A model generated the notes under the pieces. That model made no database searches. It was not told where the DNA came from and worked only from the letters and a program-made list of their open reading frames with translations. This document shows, piece by piece, positions 38,245-50,011 of a DNA stretch of 53,792 nt. How positions within the stretch are numbered: position 1 is the stretch's first letter; each line of letters starts with the position of its first letter. The DNA comes from a bacterium (GTDB lineage Bacteria > Patescibacteriota > Microgenomatia > Daviesbacterales > UBA10151). A program made the translations under genes and the position numbers. The DNA lies in NCBI GenBank assembly GCA_030647265.1, contig JAUSJM010000013.1, positions 1 through 53,792 on the forward strand, given 5' to 3'.

Positions 38245-39453
38245 TTACTTAATATTTGTGGTCAACTGGTAAATCGGCAAAATAACCGAGATCACCAAAA
38301 AGGCCACTCCCACACCCAGTATCACTAACACCACCGGTTCGATAAGAGTGGTAATGTTTTTTAGAGAGTGGTCCGACTCGGACTCAAAATAGTCGGCCAT
38401 CTTAAAGATAATCTCATCAATTTTTCCTGTTTCTTCGCCGGTTTTCATCATCTGTCCTACAATGTGGGGAAAAACCGGCAGTATTAAAAGCTGGCTGGAA
38501 AAGGAGAGACCCCGCTCTACCCCTCTGTAAGCTATATCCAGTCCGTCTTTATAAATCCTGTTACCTACTACTTCAGCAGAAATTTTAATGGCTTCCAAAA
38601 TAGAGAGCCCCGAAGAAACAAGCAGGGCAAAGGTCCTGGTGAAGTTAGTAAGAATCACCAGATTCACAATTCTCCCCACTATGGGAGCTTTAAGCAGTAA
38701 ACGGTCAAAAATCAGTCTTCCTTCATTCGTCGCCTGGTATCTTTTCAAAGCTATAGTTCCCACAATGGCGAGAATGGCTAAAGCCCACCAAAAATTACCC
38801 ACAAAGCCGGTAAACGCTAAAACAATTCTTGTCGGTAGAGGAAGTTCTATCCCTGAATCTTTATACAAGGCCATGAGCTTGGGCATGACGAAAAAGACCA
38901 TAATGAGCATCACCATTCCCATCATACCCATCACTACCACAGGGTAAACCATGGCGCCTTTCACACGGCTTTTAAATTCCCTCTCTTTTTCTAAGTTCTC
39001 CGAGAGGTTTATAAGGATCGTATCCAATTTTCCCGAAGCCTGTCCGGCCCGCACTAATTTGGAATAAATGTTAGGAAAAACATCGGGATGTTTTTCCAGA
39101 GCCGAAGCAAAATCAAGTCCTCCTTTAATGGAAGAAGAAACTTCACCTAAAACTTTTTTGAACGTCGGATTTTCCTGCTGCTCTTCCAAAATATCCAAAG
39201 CTTCAGAGAGCACCAGTCCCGCCCCGATCATCGTCGCAAGCTGCCTGGTCATCATCACCACCTCGTTAAAAGAAACACGGTTAAAATATTTATCCCAAAT
39301 TTTGCCGCTGGATTTTTTCTCCGCTTTAATGGAGATAACAATTAATGACTTGCGTCTTAGCAGTTCAGCCGCATGATGCTCGTCAACGGTTACCACATCC
39401 CCCCGGTGGTATTCACCCTGCATATCTTTGGCAATATATGAAAAATTCGGCAT
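38245..39453 (-). CDS. pilC: Type IV pilus platform protein (GspF family)
   Basis: TRQLATMIGAGL, AMVYP, GEETGKID, LIEP. Confidence 0.95.
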   Translation of the reverse strand: MPNFSYIAKDMQGEYHRGDVVTVDEHHAAELLRRKSLIVISIKAEKKSSGKIWDKYFNRVSFNEVVMMTRQLATMIGAGLVLSEALDILEEQQENPTFKKVLGEVSSSIKGGLDFASALEKHPDVFPNIYSKLVRAGQASGKLDTILINLSENLEKEREFKSRVKGAMVYPVVVMGMMGMVMLIMVFFVMPKLMALYKDSGIELPLPTRIVLAFTGFVGNFWWALAILAIVGTIALKRYQATNEGRLIFDRLLLKAPIVGRIVNLVILTNFTRTFALLVSSGLSILEAIKISAEVVGNRIYKDGLDIAYRGVERGLSFSSQLLILPVFPHIVGQMMKTGEETGKIDEIIFKMADYFESESDHSLKNITTLIEPVVLVILGVGVAFLVISVILPIYQLTTNIK

Positions 39454-39456
39454 CGC

Positions 39457-40512
39457 TTAGGCTCCCACCAGTTTTGCTAAAAGATCGGGCCGGAGAACAT
39501 AATTTTGAGCAGTTTCAAAATTAACCTCACCACCCCGGATGAGTTTGGCCAAAGAAGTCTCTAAGTTCACCATTCCTAACTCTCCGGAAGTTTGAATAAG
39601 GTTATCAATAAGATGAGTTTTACTATCCCTGATTAGTGAAGCCAGGGCCGGGGTACGCAGTAGTAATTCCACTGCCAACGCCCGACCAGGAGAGACGGTG
39701 GGTATGAGCCGCTGCGAGATAACCGCTTCCAAAACTGCCGCCAACTGTAATTTAATCTGAGGTTGTTGATTTTCGGGAAAACCATCAATTATGCGGTCAA
39801 CTGTTTGGGCAGCCGAGTTAGTATGCAGGGTAGCCAAAACCAAGTGTCCGGTTTCGGCAATGGTAATGGTGGTGGAAATGGTTTTATAATCCCTCATCTC
39901 GCCAACCAGCACCACATCCGGATCTTCCCTTAAAGCTGCCCTTAAAGCGTTCTCCCAATCCTTGGTATCCACCAACATCTCCCGCTGGGAGATCAAAGCC
40001 TTCGCTTTGGGATAAACATATTCAATAGGGTCCTCAATAGTTAAAACGTGGGTGGCCCGGGTTTTGTTAATGCGGTTAATCATAGCCGCCAAAGTTGTCG
40101 ACTTACCGTGACCGGTTGGTCCGGTTACCAGAATCAGACCCTGCTTTAAATTAACCAGTTTCTGGACAGGCGGGGGCAAACCTAAACTTTCCAGCTCGGG
40201 GATAGTCACGGGGATAAGTCTCAAAGCAGCACACATATACCCCTGCTGCTGAAAAATGTTAATCCTAAATCTGGCTTTACCCTGAAAAGAGATTGCCAAG
40301 TCCAGCTCCAGGTTTTGGTCATAAACTTGCTTCTGCTCCGGATTGAGGACCGTCACCACCAAGCTTGCCACTTCGGCTTGGGTTAAAACGGGGCTTCCGG
40401 CAACAGGAACGAGCTCTCCGTGGATACGAAGCATCGGCGGATACCCCACCACCAAATGCAAGTCGGAAGCGTTGCGGGCAATAGTCAGTTCTAGTAATTG
40501 ATTTATGTTCAT
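39457..40512 (-). CDS. pilT: Pilus retraction ATPase
   Basis: ASDLHL, GPTGHGKSTT, EDPIEY, ALREDPD, AETGHLV, LASLIRD (AIRNLIRE variant). Confidence 0.95.
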   Translation of the reverse strand: MNINQLLELTIARNASDLHLVVGYPPMLRIHGELVPVAGSPVLTQAEVASLVVTVLNPEQKQVYDQNLELDLAISFQGKARFRINIFQQQGYMCAALRLIPVTIPELESLGLPPPVQKLVNLKQGLILVTGPTGHGKSTTLAAMINRINKTRATHVLTIEDPIEYVYPKAKALISQREMLVDTKDWENALRAALREDPDVVLVGEMRDYKTISTTITIAETGHLVLATLHTNSAAQTVDRIIDGFPENQQPQIKLQLAAVLEAVISQRLIPTVSPGRALAVELLLRTPALASLIRDSKTHLIDNLIQTSGELGMVNLETSLAKLIRGGEVNFETAQNYVLRPDLLAKLVGA

Positions 40513-40517
40513 ACAAG

Positions 40518-40585
40518 AATTCAAAATTCAAAAGTTTCAGTACTTTTACACTTTTTACTTGCACTTTTAACTTTTACCTCTTGAC
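40518..40585. repeat. Degenerate heptamer array in the pilB-pilT spacer
   Basis: TTCAAAA TTCAAAA facing ACTTTTA/CTTTTAA/CTTTTAC units in the opposite orientation. Confidence 0.5.
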
Positions 40586-42298
40586 TTAGTCTTCGGCGAC
40601 CCTCAAGACCTCCTCCAGGGTTGTCACCCCTTCTAAAACCTTCATATATCCATCCTGCTTCAAAGTGATCATCCCCTCTGCCCGGGCAGTTGCTTCAATA
40701 GCTTGGGCGGAAGCCCTTTCTAAGATAAGGTCCATAATTTTTGGAGACACCGGCAAAACTTCAAATATTCCCACCCGCCCTAAATACCCCACATGACCGC
40801 AAGCATCACAACCCAAACCTTTATAAAGTTTGATCTCTTTACCAACAGAGGAAAGTTTGCCCAAAATTTGCTGAATATTTCCTGCAACCTCCGGAGGAGG
40901 GGTAAAGGTGGTCCGGCAGTGGGGACAGATACGGCGCAAAATCCGCTGCCCCACCACCCCGTTCATGGAAGAGGCCAAAAGAAACGGTTCCATCCCCATA
41001 TCCAAAAGACGGGGCAAAGATCCGGAAGCAGAGTTGGTGTGCAAAGTTGAGAACACCTGGTGACCGGTTAAAGCCGCTTGGATAGCCAACTCCGCTGTTT
41101 CCGTATCACGGACCTCTCCCACCAACATGATATTCGGATCCTGGCGTAAAAACGAGCGCAGAGCCGAGGCAAAGGTAAGACCGATCTGGGGATTTGCCTG
41201 AACCTGATTTGCTCCGGAGATCTGGTACTCAACCGGGTCCTCAATAGTTACCACGTTCACCCTGGTAGTGGTAAGTTTACTGAGGATCGAGTAAAGGGTG
41301 GTCGTTTTTCCGGAACCGGTCGGTCCGCAAATCAGAATGATACCGTGAGGACGGAGCACCTGAACTTCCAAATTTTTCAGGGCACTACCCCGGAGTCCCA
41401 ACTCAGGGAGAGTGGGGGCAACGTTACTTTTGGGCAACAACCTCATGACCACCTTCTCCCCGAAGATGGTCGGCACAGTGGAGATACGGAGATCATAAAC
41501 CTCTCTGCCCGAGGTGAAAGTGAAACGCCCATCCTGAGGAAGTCTTTTTTCTTCAATTTTTAGATTGGAGAGAATTTTGATACGGGAAACCAAAGCATCA
41601 TGCACCCCCCGGGGCAGAATTATCTTCTCATGTAAAATACCGTCTATACGGTACCTGACCCTGGTTTTATCTTCCAACGGCTCAACATGAATATCGGAGG
41701 CCCGGGAATGAACAGCAAATTCCAAAAGCTGGGTAATAATATTTGCTACAGGCGCCTCCTTAATAACCTCAGCCTTATCATCCGGTTCCTCTATAACCGG
41801 TTTTTGTAAAGCTGTAACCTCCTCTAATGCCGATGTCACCTCGGTGGTTAAATTTTGGGAATACTGGTCATTGATAGCTTTGTTTATATCCTCCATGGAA
41901 GCCAGGTAAGGCTTGATGAAAAGAGCGGATTTTTTCTCTACGAACTGCAGAATTTGCAGGTCTAAAGGATCTACCATGGCCACAAAAAGCTTGTCACCTT
42001 TTTTATCAAAGGGGATGAGGTGGTATTTTTGAGCCACGGGTTCGGGGACAAGATCCAGAACTTCAGTAGAAATAGCCTTACTTTCCAAATTAATAAAGGG
42101 TACTCCTAAAAGCTGGGCCCGGGCGGCCAGAATTTTAGGGGCAGGTACCAGCTGATGTTGGGTAATTACCTGTTCTGTGGACAATCCGCTGTTAATCGCT
42201 TCCAGCTTGATAGAGGAGAGCTGGTCGGCACTAAGCAGTCCCTGCTTAAAGAGGATATCTTCTACGCCTAATTGATCATTTTGAGTATCTTGTGCCAT
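40586..42298 (-). CDS. pilB: Pilus assembly ATPase (GspE/PilB)
   Basis: ASDIHVEP, RLPQDGR, GPTGSGKTTT, LRQDP, CPHC..GCDAC zinc motif. Confidence 0.95.
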   Translation of the reverse strand: MAQDTQNDQLGVEDILFKQGLLSADQLSSIKLEAINSGLSTEQVITQHQLVPAPKILAARAQLLGVPFINLESKAISTEVLDLVPEPVAQKYHLIPFDKKGDKLFVAMVDPLDLQILQFVEKKSALFIKPYLASMEDINKAINDQYSQNLTTEVTSALEEVTALQKPVIEEPDDKAEVIKEAPVANIITQLLEFAVHSRASDIHVEPLEDKTRVRYRIDGILHEKIILPRGVHDALVSRIKILSNLKIEEKRLPQDGRFTFTSGREVYDLRISTVPTIFGEKVVMRLLPKSNVAPTLPELGLRGSALKNLEVQVLRPHGIILICGPTGSGKTTTLYSILSKLTTTRVNVVTIEDPVEYQISGANQVQANPQIGLTFASALRSFLRQDPNIMLVGEVRDTETAELAIQAALTGHQVFSTLHTNSASGSLPRLLDMGMEPFLLASSMNGVVGQRILRRICPHCRTTFTPPPEVAGNIQQILGKLSSVGKEIKLYKGLGCDACGHVGYLGRVGIFEVLPVSPKIMDLILERASAQAIEATARAEGMITLKQDGYMKVLEGVTTLEEVLRVAED

Positions 42299-42397
42299 GA
42301 CAAAACTTTCCCAGAACCCGGGACCTAACTTTATTATGGCCAGATTTTTTTTAAGGTGTCAATGAGGAAGGGGAGACTAGTCTGATATAATCACCTC

Positions 42398-43075
42398 ATG
42401 ATTTCAACTATTCTCGTTTATGCAAATACGAAGGAACGCCAGCAGGAAGCAGAAAAGATGCTTTTGGAAGCAGGATTTAAACAAAATCATCCTGATCTTT
42501 TATGGTTGGGGGAAGAGGAGAAGCTGGGAATAGAGCAAGTTCGGCAGATCCAGCAGTTTTTAAGCTTAAAACCTTATCAAGCCAGAGGTCATGCTGTAGT
42601 TTTAATATCAGCAGATCACTTAACTTTGGAAGCTCAAAATGCTTTTTTAAAAACTCTGGAGGAGTCGCCGGAAGAAACCCTTATCATCTTAGGAGCATCT
42701 TCAGAAGATGTCTTTTTACCGACAATCCTCTCCCGCTGCCGGATTTCTTACCCGGAAAAAGCTTCTTCCCAACAAAAGAATCTTTCTGAAAAAGAGGCTT
42801 TAGAGATAGAAAAACTTTTAAAATCTTCCCTGGAAGAACGTTTTGTTTTTGTTGAAAAACTCAAAGAAAAAGAGGAGTTTTTGTTAAATTTAATTATCTA
42901 CTTCAGGCACAAACTTCTAGAAAAATCCTTAGGTGTCAATACAAATCCACCTCCGAGGTGGAAGGCAGAAACTATCCAGAGTTTTCTAAAAGACCTTCTT
43001 CAAGCGGAGAAGTGGAAAGAACAAAATATCAGCATTAGAGCTATCCTGGAGCACCTCATGCTAAAAATGCCTTGA
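42398..43075 (+). CDS. holB: DNA polymerase III delta-prime-like protein (short)
   Basis: HPD, IEQVR, AQNAFLKTLEE, LPTILSRC. Confidence 0.8.
   Translation: MISTILVYANTKERQQEAEKMLLEAGFKQNHPDLLWLGEEEKLGIEQVRQIQQFLSLKPYQARGHAVVLISADHLTLEAQNAFLKTLEESPEETLIILGASSEDVFLPTILSRCRISYPEKASSQQKNLSEKEALEIEKLLKSSLEERFVFVEKLKEKEEFLLNLIIYFRHKLLEKSLGVNTNPPPRWKAETIQSFLKDLLQAEKWKEQNISIRAILEHLMLKMP
42946..42962 (+). repeat. Palindrome in frame in holB
   Basis: TCCACCTC-C-GAGGTGGA; its reverse complement matches 49776-49792 over 17 nt. Confidence 0.8.
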
Positions 43076-43130
43076 TTAGAGCTTTAGAACAACCTAATCT
43101 TTTATGACATTCTTGCATAAAATAGCTTAA

Positions 43131-45876
<2,746 letters not shown>

Positions 45877-45925
45877 ATATTTTAAATCTCACCATTTCTT
45901 GTCCAAATAAGCTAAAATACCACTA

Positions 45926-47230
45926 ATGAAGCATGTACATTTCTTAGGGATCGGGGGAAGCGGAACATCAGCTGCTGCTGCCATTGCTCAAGCTCAGGGA
46001 TATAAGATCAGTGGCTGTGACAAAGACCCTCAAGCTGACTTCCTAAAATTTTTTCCTAAAGAACAAATTTTTATTGAACATTCACCAAAACACTTAAAAG
46101 GTGTCAATATTTTAGCTACCACTCCGGCAGTTTTTTCTTTAGATCCCCATAATCCCGAGCTTTTGGAAGCCCAGAAGAGAGGTTTGGAAGTTCTTACCTG
46201 GCAGGAATTTATGGGAAAATATTTGGAAAAAGATAAGTTTGTTATTGCTATTTGTGGTACCCATGGGAAAACCACTACCACAGCGATGAGCAGTCTACTT
46301 TTAGAAGAAGCTAAATTTGATCCAACTGTGGAGCTGGGGTCAGTTATTCCTCAGTGGGGTACTAATTACAGAATAGGAAAAGGGAAGCCTGTCCTGAGCG
46401 GAGTCGAAGGATATTTTATTACTGAAGCTGACGAGTTTAGTGATAATTTTTTAGCCAGCCATCCGGATATCACCATTCTAACTTCTGTTGAAATGGATCA
46501 CCCTGAGTTTTTCAAAGATTTTACTGACTACAAAAAAAGTTTCCAGAAATTTCTTTCCCAAACTAAAAAAACAATTATTGCTAACCTGGCAAACTCAGGA
46601 GTAAAAGAAGTTTTAGCTTCCCACTCGTCGAGTGGGAACACGAAAATAATTGACTATTCAGACAAACTTATCGATTTTCCACTTCAGGTGTTGGGACAAT
46701 TCAACATCCTAAATGCATCTGCTGTTTACCAACTGGGTCTAGCCCTAGGAATTAACCCGGAAATTATCAAAAAAAGCCTCAGTTCTTACCAGGGGACCGG
46801 CAGAAGGTTTGAATACTTGGGAAAAGTAGGTAAAACAGAGATCTACTCTGACTTCGGCCATCACCCCACAGAAATTAAGCTAACCATAAAAGCAGCCAGA
46901 GAGAAGTTCTCTGACAAGAAAATTCTTCTGGTATTCCAACCCCATATGTTTTCCCGAACCAAGGCTTTATTTACTGATTTTGTAAAAGTATTAAGTAATG
47001 TTCCTGTAGATAAAACATATCTTTTGGATATATACCCCTCCAGAGAAATAGACACTGGTTTGGTAAGCAGTCAGGAGTTAGTAGAAGCTGTCAATAAACC
47101 TAACTTCCGATATTTAGAAAAAGAAAAGATTAAAGAAACACTCCATCATGAAGCTTCAGATTATGACATCATCATCTTTATGGGGGCAGGGGATATTGAT
47201 AAGATAGCCAGAGGATTTGTAAACCAATAG
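45926..47230 (+). CDS. murC: UDP-N-acetylmuramate--L-alanine ligase
   Basis: HFLGIGGSG, GTHGKTTTT, EADE, DFGHHPTE, FQPH, MGAGDI. Confidence 0.93.
   Translation: MKHVHFLGIGGSGTSAAAAIAQAQGYKISGCDKDPQADFLKFFPKEQIFIEHSPKHLKGVNILATTPAVFSLDPHNPELLEAQKRGLEVLTWQEFMGKYLEKDKFVIAICGTHGKTTTTAMSSLLLEEAKFDPTVELGSVIPQWGTNYRIGKGKPVLSGVEGYFITEADEFSDNFLASHPDITILTSVEMDHPEFFKDFTDYKKSFQKFLSQTKKTIIANLANSGVKEVLASHSSSGNTKIIDYSDKLIDFPLQVLGQFNILNASAVYQLGLALGINPEIIKKSLSSYQGTGRRFEYLGKVGKTEIYSDFGHHPTEIKLTIKAAREKFSDKKILLVFQPHMFSRTKALFTDFVKVLSNVPVDKTYLLDIYPSREIDTGLVSSQELVEAVNKPNFRYLEKEKIKETLHHEASDYDIIIFMGAGDIDKIARGFVNQ
46388..46411 (+). repeat. 24-bp REP-like insert in frame in murC
   Basis: CCTGTCCTGAGCGGAGTCGAAGGA encodes PVLSGVEG between GKGK and YFITEADE; related to murD 48788-48821. 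Confidence 0.85.
46618..46651 (+). repeat. REP family A-related palindrome in frame in murC
   Basis: TTCCCACTCG-T-CGAGTGGGAA plus tail; AGTGGGAACACGAAAATAATT is identical to 6132-6152. Confidence 0.9.
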
Positions 47231-47233
47231 CTT

Positions 47234-48370
47234 ATGTTTAACAACCTTTTAAAGCTTTTCAAAAAAGAATACCTCACTTTAAATAAAATTGAGATTTCTA
47301 AGTCAGCACTAACCAGCAACTATCATTATCTATCCTCTCTCAGCCCGAAGCTAAAAATTACTCCCGTTTTAAAAAGCAACGCTTATGGGCACGGGATTAT
47401 CGAGGCAGCAAAAATCCTTGACCCGGAGAAGGCTCCATATTTTTGTGTGGACAGCCTCTATGAAGCTTATCAGCTATTAAAAGCCAAAGTAAAAACTCCT
47501 ATTTTAATCATGGGCTATACCAATCCCCAAAACTTCAAGGTTAAAAAACTGCCCTTTACTTTTGCTGTTTATGATCTCACGATGGCCAAGATTTTAAACA
47601 GTTATCAGTGGGATGCTAAAGTTCATATCAAGGTGGATACCGGCATGCACCGCCTGGGTGTTCCTTTAAAAGATTTGCCCCAGTTTTTAAAGGAGATAAA
47701 GAAATTAACAAATCTTAAAGTGGAAGGTTTAATGTCCCACTTTGCTTCCGCCAAAAATACCCGAGATCCTCTCTTTCTAAAACAGGTGGGAAATTTTAAA
47801 AGAGCCCGGCAGATGGTAAAGATGGCAGGTTTTAATTTAAAGTGGTCCCATCTCACAGCTTCCGAAGGGTTGCTAAATCCTGAGGCTAGGAAGATTATTA
47901 CCCAATTTACCAACCTTGCCAGAAGCGGACGTGCTTTATATGGAATTCCACCCTCAGAAAAGGTGACCAGGCTTCAACCAGTATTAAAGCTTGTCACCCA
48001 TATTGCCCAAATTAAAACCATCGCTAAAGGGGAAAGGGTAGGTTATGACGGAACCTACATTGCTAAAAAGGAAACTACCTTGGGACTTTTGCCCATTGGT
48101 TATTTTGATGGAGTAGACCGAAGATTATCAAACAAAGGATTTGGGATGATAGATGGTGTAGAATGTCCTATCACTGGAAAAGTGAGCATGAACATTACTG
48201 CAGTAGATATTACCAAGGTAAAAAACCCTGAGTTGGGGCAGGAGGTTGTGGTCTATTCCAACCATACTGAAGATAAAAACTCGGTTTTTAACAACGCTAA
48301 AATTTGCCAGACCATCCCTTACGAGATTTTGGTTCATCTGGTACCATCAACCAGGAGGGTTATCGTTTAA
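47234..48370 (+). CDS. alr: Alanine racemase
   Basis: VLKSNAYGHG PLP-lysine motif, HIKVDTGMHRLG, MSHFA, IGYFDG, GKVSMN, TIPYE. Confidence 0.96.
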   Translation: MFNNLLKLFKKEYLTLNKIEISKSALTSNYHYLSSLSPKLKITPVLKSNAYGHGIIEAAKILDPEKAPYFCVDSLYEAYQLLKAKVKTPILIMGYTNPQNFKVKKLPFTFAVYDLTMAKILNSYQWDAKVHIKVDTGMHRLGVPLKDLPQFLKEIKKLTNLKVEGLMSHFASAKNTRDPLFLKQVGNFKRARQMVKMAGFNLKWSHLTASEGLLNPEARKIITQFTNLARSGRALYGIPPSEKVTRLQPVLKLVTHIAQIKTIAKGERVGYDGTYIAKKETTLGLLPIGYFDGVDRRLSNKGFGMIDGVECPITGKVSMNITAVDITKVKNPELGQEVVVYSNHTEDKNSVFNNAKICQTIPYEILVHLVPSTRRVIV

Positions 48371-49729
48371 ATGTCGGAAAATCATTTCAAAAATAAAAAG
48401 GTGCTCATCCTGGGTCTGGGGTTAAACCAGGGGGGAGTGGGGTCAGCTAAGTTTTTTACCCAATTAGGTGCCAAAGTCAAAGTCACCGATATAAAAACAG
48501 CCGGAGAACTTCAGCCATCCTTAGATCAGCTGAAGGAATTTCCTATGATTGAATATGTTTTGGGAGAGCACCGTTATGAAGACTTAGATTGGGCAGATAT
48601 TATCATCAGAAACCCCTCCTTAAAACCTGATAACCCCTATAGGATTTATGCTGAAAAATCAGGTAAGAGGGTAGAGATGGACATGGGAATTTTTCTACAG
48701 TTTATTAAACCTGAGCAGATTATCGGAGTTACCGGAACCAAGGGCAAGTCCACCACTGCTTCGCTAATTTATGAGGCCCTAAAAGAAGCTTGCACTGAGC
48801 AATCGTTAGCGAGTCGAAGTGTAGTTTTTGCCGGTAATATCGGTAAAAGTGTTTTAGATACCATCCCTATGGTAAAAAAAGACACTTTAGTGATTTTAGA
48901 ACTCTCTTCTTTCCAGTTGGAAGCCTTTGAGGAACATCAGATTTCTCCCAAATGGGCAGTGATTACCAATATTTTTCCCGACCACTTAAACTACTATCAA
49001 ACTATAGAACAATATACTGCTGCCAAAAGAGTCATTGCCCAGCATCAAAAACCGGAAGATTTCTTATTCATTAAAAGTGGTGACAAAGTTGTGGACAACA
49101 ATAATTTTCTTCAAGGGCTCGAAGGACAGATCATCAGGTTTTCACCATCTGACCTGCCGGCTGAATTCCAGCCAAAACTGCCGGGAGAACATAACCTTGC
49201 TAATATAGCAGCTGCCCTGGCTGTCTCTCAAAAAATCAGTTTAGCTTCGCAAGAGGACCTCTTGGAGGCTCTAGAAAATTTTCCTGGAGTTGAGTTCAGA
49301 TTGCAGCTTATTTACAGCAAAAGGGATCTGAGAATCTACAACGACAGCGCTGCTACCAACCCTGATGCTACTATCCAAGCTTTAAAAAGTTTACCCAACT
49401 CTATTTTAATCACCGGGGGAGTGAATAAAAATTTACCTTATGAGGAGATGGCCCAAACCATCAATAAATATGCCAAGGCGGTCTTTTTCCTGGAAGGCAC
49501 AGCTACAGAAGAAATACTACAGATGTTAAAATCCATCGGGCATCAGTCAGCAGATCAAAATATGGGAATTTATAATAATTTAGAAAAACTTTTAAGGGAT
49601 ATTAAAGACATTTTAAAACACGGAGATGTTATTTTATTCTCTCCAGGAGCAGCTTCCTTTAACCTCTTCCAAAATGAATTTGATCGGGGCAGAAAATTCA
49701 ATGAAGCAGTAGAAAAAGTATTCGGATGA
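48371..49729 (+). CDS. murD: UDP-MurNAc-L-Ala--D-Glu ligase
   Basis: GVTGTKGKSTT, ELSSFQL, PDHLNY, NDSAATN, SPGAASF..F.NEFDRG. Confidence 0.95.
   Translation: MSENHFKNKKVLILGLGLNQGGVGSAKFFTQLGAKVKVTDIKTAGELQPSLDQLKEFPMIEYVLGEHRYEDLDWADIIIRNPSLKPDNPYRIYAEKSGKRVEMDMGIFLQFIKPEQIIGVTGTKGKSTTASLIYEALKEACTEQSLASRSVVFAGNIGKSVLDTIPMVKKDTLVILELSSFQLEAFEEHQISPKWAVITNIFPDHLNYYQTIEQYTAAKRVIAQHQKPEDFLFIKSGDKVVDNNNFLQGLEGQIIRFSPSDLPAEFQPKLPGEHNLANIAAALAVSQKISLASQEDLLEALENFPGVEFRLQLIYSKRDLRIYNDSAATNPDATIQALKSLPNSILITGGVNKNLPYEEMAQTINKYAKAVFFLEGTATEEILQMLKSIGHQSADQNMGIYNNLEKLLRDIKDILKHGDVILFSPGAASFNLFQNEFDRGRKFNEAVEKVFG
48788..48821 (+). repeat. REP-like insert in frame in murD
   Basis: GCTTGCACTGAGC-AATCGTTAGC-GAGTCGAAGTG; shares the CTGAGC...GAGTCGAAG arms with the murC insert; encodes ACTEQSLASRS. 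Confidence 0.8.
49243..49270 (+). repeat. Palindrome inside murD
   Basis: AGCTTCG-CAAGAGG-A-CCTCTTG-GAGGCT with a perfect 7-bp core. Confidence 0.55.
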
Positions 49730-49937
49730 AAATTCTGATCATTATAGGATAGATTTCATAGTCTCAGATCTAGCTTTCCACCTCGGAGGTGGCAGGCTAA
49801 TTCCCTATGTACTAGAGGTTAACATTATTCCTGGTTGGACTCCAGAAAGTTTATTTCCCAAGGCAGCCAAAGCAGCAGGAATCAGTTTTGAGGAACTAAT
49901 AAAAAAACTAATTCAAATTAGCCTCAAATTGGGCTGA
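49726..49937 (+). pseudogene. ddl: D-Ala-D-Ala ligase remnant with a large internal deletion
   Basis: ATG overlapping the murD stop gives MKILIIIG*; another frame from 49746 gives RIDF...PYVLEVNIIPGWTPESLFPKAAKAAGISFEELI, the Ddl C-terminus. Confidence 0.85.
49776..49792 (+). repeat. Palindrome in frame in the ddl remnant
   Basis: TTCCACCTCGGAGGTGG, same family as the holB copy. Confidence 0.8.
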
Positions 49938-49943
49938 AAAAGC

Positions 49944-49972
49944 TTGCGCTTTTATCTTAAAAAAGGTACAAT
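49944..49972 (+). promoter_or_regulatory. Putative gyrA promoter
   Basis: TTGCGC-17bp-TACAAT. Confidence 0.55.
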
Positions 49973-50011
49973 AACTATGCCCAACAGGGCGTTTTTCTTG
50001 CCTTAACTTCT

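Noticed and set aside
49534-49558. Degenerate CATCAG-like repeat in murD (SIGHQSADQ)
   Set aside because: It may be an old insertion but is too degenerate to support by eye.
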